Virus record (IMG/VR): IMGVR_UViG_3300020276_000001
Coordinates: 39,993-103,992 of that record
Length of the DNA: 64,000 nt
Origin: a virus
Taxonomy: Duplodnaviria; Caudoviricetes
Reading direction: 5' to 3' (one strand)
How positions within the stretch are numbered: position 1 is the first letter of the stretch; every line of letters begins with the position of its first letter. Made by a program: the position numbers and the translations under genes. Of the stretch, positions 58,870 to 64,000 are shown piece by piece. Below the pieces are notes generated by a model that was given only the letters and a program-made list of their open reading frames with translations, did no database searches and had not been told where the DNA came from.

Positions 58870-59585
58870 GCAATAAAGTATTTGTCGGCTATGACACAAG
58901 AGAAGATATTGCGTACCAAGTTTGTGAGCATAGTATATGGCAACATAACAAAGGTACAGAAGTTATTCCATTAAAACAAAAAGAATTAAGAGATAAGATG
59001 TTGTACTGGAGAGGCGAAGATAAACTTGCAAGTACAGAATTTACATTTACAAGATTTTTAATTCCACACCTTATGAACTATGAAGGTTGGGCATTATTCA
59101 TTGATAGTGATATTGTTTTTCTAGAAGATGTGGATAACTTATTTGCATTAGCAGATGACAAGTATGCTGTTATGTGTGTACAACATGATTACAATCCTAA
59201 ACCAGGAACTAAGATGGACGGACAAATACAAACACAATACCCAAGAAAGAATTGGTCAAGTGTAGTATTATGGAACTGCGGACATCCAAGTAATCAAAAG
59301 ATTACAGTAGACATGGTTAACAATCCAAACTATGATGGAAAGTTCTTTCATAGATTTGCTTGGTTGAAAGAGGAAGAAATTGGATCATTACCAGTTGATT
59401 GGAACTTCTTAGTAGGACACTATACAGCTGATGGAACTATGGACCAAGAACAAAAAGAAGATGGTACACCACGTGCATTACATTACACGGAAGGTGGACC
59501 TTGGTTTAAAAATTATAGAAATTGCGAATTCCATCAAACTTGGAAAGATGTTCTTTCTGATATGATGGAGAATAAGGATGAGTGA
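58866..59585 (+). CDS. GT-A glycosyltransferase (GT8-like)
   Basis: FVGYD.RE, STEFTFTRFL.P, F.D.D, YPRKNWSS, WN.LVG, HYTEGGPW. Confidence 0.85.
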   Translation: MSNKVFVGYDTREDIAYQVCEHSIWQHNKGTEVIPLKQKELRDKMLYWRGEDKLASTEFTFTRFLIPHLMNYEGWALFIDSDIVFLEDVDNLFALADDKYAVMCVQHDYNPKPGTKMDGQIQTQYPRKNWSSVVLWNCGHPSNQKITVDMVNNPNYDGKFFHRFAWLKEEEIGSLPVDWNFLVGHYTADGTMDQEQKEDGTPRALHYTEGGPWFKNYRNCEFHQTWKDVLSDMMENKDE

Positions 59586-60579
59586 TAGTTATGGCACTTG
59601 GGATCCTAGGGTACTTACACCAGAGATGAAAGAATTAATAGATAACATACTGTATGGAGTTGCTACACACGACAATAGGCACGCCATTGAATCTGTACAA
59701 AAAGTATTTGAAGATATAAAAAATCCTAAGGTTATATGTATTGACAGCGGAATTAAAAAAGTTGAAAAGAAAGTAAAAGGATCATTTGGTATTGTTGATT
59801 CCTTTATTATGGCAATGGCACTAGGTAGTGGCGGAAAATATATTAGGGCAGATGACGTAAATGATTATTGGGATAGCCCTGCACCATTCTTAGTAAGAGG
59901 ACTAGGTAAACAAAAACTTATTAAAGAATGTATTGCACGTGGCAAAGACTTTTACTTTATGGACACAGGTTATATGGGTAATAATCCTAGTCCACGTAAT
60001 CCAAATGGTAAGAAAACTTATCACAGAATTGTAAAGAATGCATTACAAAATCTTCATATGCCAGACAGAGATGAAAATCCTAATGCGTATGGCGGTGAAC
60101 GTTTTAAACAAATAGCACAACCATTTAAAGATGCTTATCCAGGAAGAAAAGTTTTAATTGTTCCACCTAGTGAAAAGGTAATGAAATACTTTGATCAAAA
60201 CTTAGACGAATGGATCAATAGCACAATATTAGAAATTAAAAAACACACTTCAAGACCAATCGAATTACGTAGGAAACCAAGTAGAGAAGATAGGGTTTCC
60301 GTTAATACTATGGAACAAGCATTAGAAGATAATGTACATTGTTTAGTAACTTACAATAGTATTGCGGCATTAGAGGCAATGATGTATGGTAAACCTGCTA
60401 TCGTATTGGGTCCTAACTGTGCCCAAGATATTGCAGAAACTTCATTATCCAGAATTGAATTTGTAAAACATCCTGGAAGAAAAACATTAACGTACCTTTG
60501 CAGATATCTAAGTAACAATCAGTTCACATATGACGAAATGTTAAGTGGCTATGCATGGAGGACGTTAACGTGCGAGTAA
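59578..60579 (+). CDS. capsule-synthesis (KpsC/KpsS-like) GT-B protein
   Basis: DTGY, I.LR.KP, LVTYNS.AA.EA...G.P. Confidence 0.6.
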   Translation: MSDSYGTWDPRVLTPEMKELIDNILYGVATHDNRHAIESVQKVFEDIKNPKVICIDSGIKKVEKKVKGSFGIVDSFIMAMALGSGGKYIRADDVNDYWDSPAPFLVRGLGKQKLIKECIARGKDFYFMDTGYMGNNPSPRNPNGKKTYHRIVKNALQNLHMPDRDENPNAYGGERFKQIAQPFKDAYPGRKVLIVPPSEKVMKYFDQNLDEWINSTILEIKKHTSRPIELRRKPSREDRVSVNTMEQALEDNVHCLVTYNSIAALEAMMYGKPAIVLGPNCAQDIAETSLSRIEFVKHPGRKTLTYLCRYLSNNQFTYDEMLSGYAWRTLTCE

Positions 60580-61502
60580 TAGGATACACTAAAGTTATAC
60601 CACCAGGAAAAGCACTCAAGCCTAACAAACCCAACCATAAGTTAGACATCATTAAAAACTTTGTTGAAGGTGTTAGAATGTGTGGTGACAACGGTTTGGT
60701 ATATGATGGTTATGAAATGCTAGACTGCGAAGTAGCTATGATGCAAGGCTTCTTACATGATAATAGTGCTCACGTTCCGCACATTAACTTACGTAGAAAT
60801 ATTACAATGAATACACGCAACAAAGCATTCATTACAGCAGACAGTAATCTTTTTTTATATAAAGCAAAACAAAACGAACCATATCATTACTTAAGATACA
60901 GTATCAATGGGGTGTTTAACGACACAGGAAACTATTGTAACGATACCCCTACTGACCATCAGTGGAACAAGATTAAAAGAGACTTAGGTGTAGAACTTAA
61001 ACCTTGGACCATTAATGAAAGAGAATTTGTACTATTATGTTTACAACGTAATGGTGGATGGAGCATGAAAGGTAAAGATGTTGTTGTTTGGGCTAACACT
61101 AAAATTGCAGAAATAAGACGACACACAACTAGACCTATTATAGTAAGACCACACCCAGGAGATAAAAAAGCACCTGAGTATTGTAAACAGATTAGTGGTG
61201 AAAATGTTAGAATTAGTTTTGAACCAATGATCGAACATGACCTAGCAAAGAGCATGGTTACCATAGGTTATAACAGTAGTCCACTAGTAGCAAGTGTTAT
61301 TGAAGGTGTTCCTATTATTGTTGAAGACCCTAATTCAAGTCAAGTAGGAGAAGTGGCACATACAGATTTATCACAGTTGGCAAAACTACAACCAATTGAT
61401 AGAGAAATGTGGATTAGAAAGATTGCACAATGCCATTGGAGTTTTGCAGATTTACGTAGTGGAGAATGTTGGCAACATATGAAAAGGTACATAAAGATAT
61501 GA
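60555..61502 (+). CDS. capsule-synthesis (KpsC/KpsS-like) GT-B protein
   Basis: LLCLQ, IIVRPHP, YNSS..V..VIEGVP, QCHWS..DL.SG. The start may be GTG at 60570. Confidence 0.6.
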   Translation: MEDVNVRVIGYTKVIPPGKALKPNKPNHKLDIIKNFVEGVRMCGDNGLVYDGYEMLDCEVAMMQGFLHDNSAHVPHINLRRNITMNTRNKAFITADSNLFLYKAKQNEPYHYLRYSINGVFNDTGNYCNDTPTDHQWNKIKRDLGVELKPWTINEREFVLLCLQRNGGWSMKGKDVVVWANTKIAEIRRHTTRPIIVRPHPGDKKAPEYCKQISGENVRISFEPMIEHDLAKSMVTIGYNSSPLVASVIEGVPIIVEDPNSSQVGEVAHTDLSQLAKLQPIDREMWIRKIAQCHWSFADLRSGECWQHMKRYIKI

Positions 61503-62320
61503 GAATAACAGTAGTTACAACATTTCATCAGCCCGGACTAGAACAATATGGACAACGGTTTATAGATTCTTTTAGTAAGAATGTTGATCCAAAAATTAGA
61601 ATGGTTGTGTATGCGGAAAATTGTAATCCAATAATACCTGAGAATGATAAAAGAATTGAAGTAAGAAATGCTGAACAAACACTTCCTGAACTACAACAAT
61701 TTAAAAGAATATGGAAAGATGTTCCTAAAGCAAATGGTAAGTGTCCTTGGCCAGAACGTAGACCAAGAGATAATCACAAAGAGTTTAAATGGGATGCCGT
61801 TCGATTCGCTAACAAAGTTTATGCAGTATTTGAAATGGCAAGAGATACCGAGACAGACATTCTTGTATGGATGGACGCAGACACAGTTGTACATAGTCCT
61901 ATAACATACGGGGAGTTTAGAATACTAGTACCTGCAACACAATGGTTACACTTCTTAGGAAGAAATAAAAAATGGCCTGAGTGTGGTTGGTATGGTTTAA
62001 CATTACGAACCGAAGGAGCCAATGCTTTCTTAAAAGAGTTTCAACGTGTATACGATGAACCTGAAAGCAATGGTATTTTTAATATGGAAGAATGGCACGA
62101 TAGTTATGTGTTCTGGGAAGTATTAAAAAAGATCAAACCTCATCACGGAAATATAAAAGACTTTAGCGGACATATAGTAAATGGCGAAGGACACCCTCTC
62201 ATTAACTGTGAGCTTGGTAAATACTTTGACCATTTGAAAGGGGTTAGAAAATCGGAAGGACGTAGTAGAAAAAGAGATCTGCTACAACCACGTAACGAGA
62301 CATATTGGAATGAAGTTTAG
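61499..62320 (+). CDS. GT-A nucleotide-diphospho-sugar transferase; likely start MRITV at 61499
   Basis: VTTF, RF..KV.A, WMDAD (DxD), E.G, EWHDSYVF, DHLKG.RK. Confidence 0.75.
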   Translation: MRITVVTTFHQPGLEQYGQRFIDSFSKNVDPKIRMVVYAENCNPIIPENDKRIEVRNAEQTLPELQQFKRIWKDVPKANGKCPWPERRPRDNHKEFKWDAVRFANKVYAVFEMARDTETDILVWMDADTVVHSPITYGEFRILVPATQWLHFLGRNKKWPECGWYGLTLRTEGANAFLKEFQRVYDEPESNGIFNMEEWHDSYVFWEVLKKIKPHHGNIKDFSGHIVNGEGHPLINCELGKYFDHLKGVRKSEGRSRKRDLLQPRNETYWNEV

Positions 62321-63155
62321 TTTATTTAGAGAGTATGGCGCACAAAATAGTAAACCAATATTTGATGCCTTTGCTGACAGTCTTGTCAGTAATGGTCATG
62401 TGGTCGTTGATAATTCTTACGACTGTGACGTTGGTGTTATTTGGTCTGTTCTGTGGAATGGTAGAATGGCTCCTAACAAAAAGGTCTGGGAAGACTTCCA
62501 CAATCTAAATAAAAAAATTATCGTATTAGAAGTAGGCGGCCTTGTTCGAGGCAAAACATGGAAGGTAGGAATCAATGGGATTAACAGAGATGCTAATTTT
62601 GGTAGTAGCAACTGTGATAGTTCTAGGGTTAGAACACTAGGACTAAAACTTAAACCTTGGTCACTAGGTGGCGATAGAATTATAATCTGCGGACAGCATG
62701 ATAAGAGTAATCAATGGAAAGATATGCCAACCATGTCTACTTGGTTACTAGACACAATCAAACAAATTAGAGAACGTACTGATATGCCTATAGTATGGAG
62801 ACCTCACCCAAGATGTCCTGTACCTGGCATTGAACACGAATACAAAAACGTAAGAAGAGAACAACCTATACAGGTAAGAGATACTTATGATGATTTTGAC
62901 TTTGATTGTAAAGGTGCTTATGCAGTAATCAACTGGTCAAGTAACCCGGCCACACACGCAGTTATGCAAGGTGTACCTGTATTTGTTGGTCCAAGTAGCC
63001 TAGCTTGGCCTGTGGGTAACAAAGACTATAGCACAATAGGTATGCCAAAACGTCCTGATAGAACACAATGGCTGAATGATATTTCGTATACCGAATGGAC
63101 ATTGGACGAAATCGCACAAGGAAAACCACTAAATCGCTTGACTTCTTATCTATAG
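62310..63155 (+). CDS. capsule-synthesis (KpsC/KpsS-like) GT-B protein
   Basis: LEVG, ICGQ, WRPHP, NWSSNPA..AV..GVP, EWT..EI..G. Paralog of 60555. Confidence 0.6.
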   Translation: MKFSLFREYGAQNSKPIFDAFADSLVSNGHVVVDNSYDCDVGVIWSVLWNGRMAPNKKVWEDFHNLNKKIIVLEVGGLVRGKTWKVGINGINRDANFGSSNCDSSRVRTLGLKLKPWSLGGDRIIICGQHDKSNQWKDMPTMSTWLLDTIKQIRERTDMPIVWRPHPRCPVPGIEHEYKNVRREQPIQVRDTYDDFDFDCKGAYAVINWSSNPATHAVMQGVPVFVGPSSLAWPVGNKDYSTIGMPKRPDRTQWLNDISYTEWTLDEIAQGKPLNRLTSYL

Positions 63156-63166
63156 TATCGTATAAT
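63138..63166 (+). promoter_or_regulatory. sigma70-type promoter
   Basis: TTGACT-N17-TATAAT, with ATG 7 nt downstream. Confidence 0.8.
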
Positions 63167-63173
63167 ATATACT

Positions 63174-64000
63174 ATGCATAAGAGACCCATTTCAAAAAAA
63201 GCCCTCAATACCGAAGACTGTTTGGAAATAGTTGCAGGTATCAGTGAACTAAAGTATAGTAGTGATCCTGAGCTATCTACAATCCAGAACTTCAAGTTGC
63301 ATGAAGACAATGCAAATATAATGTTTAGCATCGCTAAACAAGTATTCCGAGGCACGGCTCTTACTGCAAAACAGTATTCTTTAGTGAAGAAGTTGCTAGT
63401 AGAATACTATGTAGATCAATTCACAGCCCATGATATTGACCTACATGAAGCAGTGGAAAAATTAAGATCCCCACTGCGAGAAATCGATAGCAGTCATTGG
63501 ATCAAGTTTCAAGAAGTGAAAGGCGAGACAATGATTGCTATTCGATTCCCTTTCAATAAGAAAGTAATTAGGCACGTTGAAGAATTAAAAAATAAAAATG
63601 ATAAAGATTATTTTTACGCAAAGCATACACATTATTTTCCTGTTAAAGAAAAATACATCTGGAAGATTGTTAACATAGCAGGACAATTTCAAGATGCTAA
63701 CTTTGACATTGAACCAAAGATACTAGAACTATACAAACAGTTAGAAGTGTTTAAAGCTAATCCAAACGATCATGTTCCAGGCATTTATAATTTTAAAATT
63801 AAAAACTATCCACAGTCAGGATTAGATATTTGCTTAGATGAGATAGGTGAGCCTAACTATAAAAACTTATTTCAATACTATGATAGAAGAAAGTTCTATG
63901 CACTCAACTACTTCGATGAAGAGGCTGTAAAAGAAAGCATAAAAGATAAAAGTGAACTAACTAAAAAAATTGTATACAGAAAAGAAAGCCTTGTTTGTGT
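63174..64000 (+). CDS. hypothetical protein, 3'-truncated (absent from the ORF track)
   Basis: ATG at 63174 opens MHKRPISKKALNTEDCLEIVAG... and the frame appears to run off the window. Confidence 0.65.
   Translation, partial: MHKRPISKKALNTEDCLEIVAGISELKYSSDPELSTIQNFKLHEDNANIMFSIAKQVFRGTALTAKQYSLVKKLLVEYYVDQFTAHDIDLHEAVEKLRSPLREIDSSHWIKFQEVKGETMIAIRFPFNKKVIRHVEELKNKNDKDYFYAKHTHYFPVKEKYIWKIVNIAGQFQDANFDIEPKILELYKQLEVFKANPNDHVPGIYNFKIKNYPQSGLDICLDEIGEPNYKNLFQYYDRRKFYALNYFDEEAVKESIKDKSELTKKIVYRKESLVC

Noticed and set aside
1-64000. Numerous antisense and alternate-frame ORFs in the track (e.g. 8883-9461, 12920-13408, 24634-25137, 46427-46738)
   Set aside because: They lie wholly within well-supported genes and are shadows of biased codon usage, with no RBS or motifs.
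1-64000. Stop-codon reassignment or selenocysteine
   Set aside because: Conserved genes are full length in the standard code, and TAA, TAG and TGA all terminate genes.
1-64000. tRNA/rRNA genes, introns, inteins
   Set aside because: Intergenic gaps are short with no cloverleaf seen. Terminase and UvsX are of normal length and uninterrupted.

Overview
This is a 64-kb, AT-rich, densely coding segment of a large T4-related myovirus, probably aquatic; the host is not identifiable from this window. 1-32.6 kb is a + strand block of giant mosaic virion proteins (1773, 2104 and 2457 aa), three Cys/Gly-rich fibre-tip paralogs with two tail-fibre chaperones, and an embedded GT9 glycosyltransferase/SGNH/carbamoyltransferase/methyltransferase cassette. 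32.6-39.3 kb is a - strand operon: gp14- and gp15-like genes, NUDIX, HldE, HldD, a cupin and two 2OG-Fe(II) oxygenases. 39.4-53.8 kb holds gp13 neck, dNMP kinase, sheath, tube, gp4, terminase and probable prohead/internal proteins. 54-56.7 kb holds gp32, UvsX and UvsY. 56.8-63.2 kb holds a peroxiredoxin and a glycan-synthesis island. Most notable observations: (i) five helical domains in two virion proteins match the phycobiliprotein chromophore-site pattern KC-x-RD-x-G...L-xx-GG; (ii) a phage ADP-heptose pathway and a heptosyltransferase-like enzyme sit with tail genes behind late-type promoter boxes; (iii) three fibre paralogs are about 10% Cys; (iv) a virion-block protein has an intact type-1 copper motif; (v) in-frame modules recur as insertions in different virion genes; (vi) several late mRNAs appear leaderless; (vii) GCWGC appears strongly avoided. 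All assignments come from motif recognition by eye, with no database searches.
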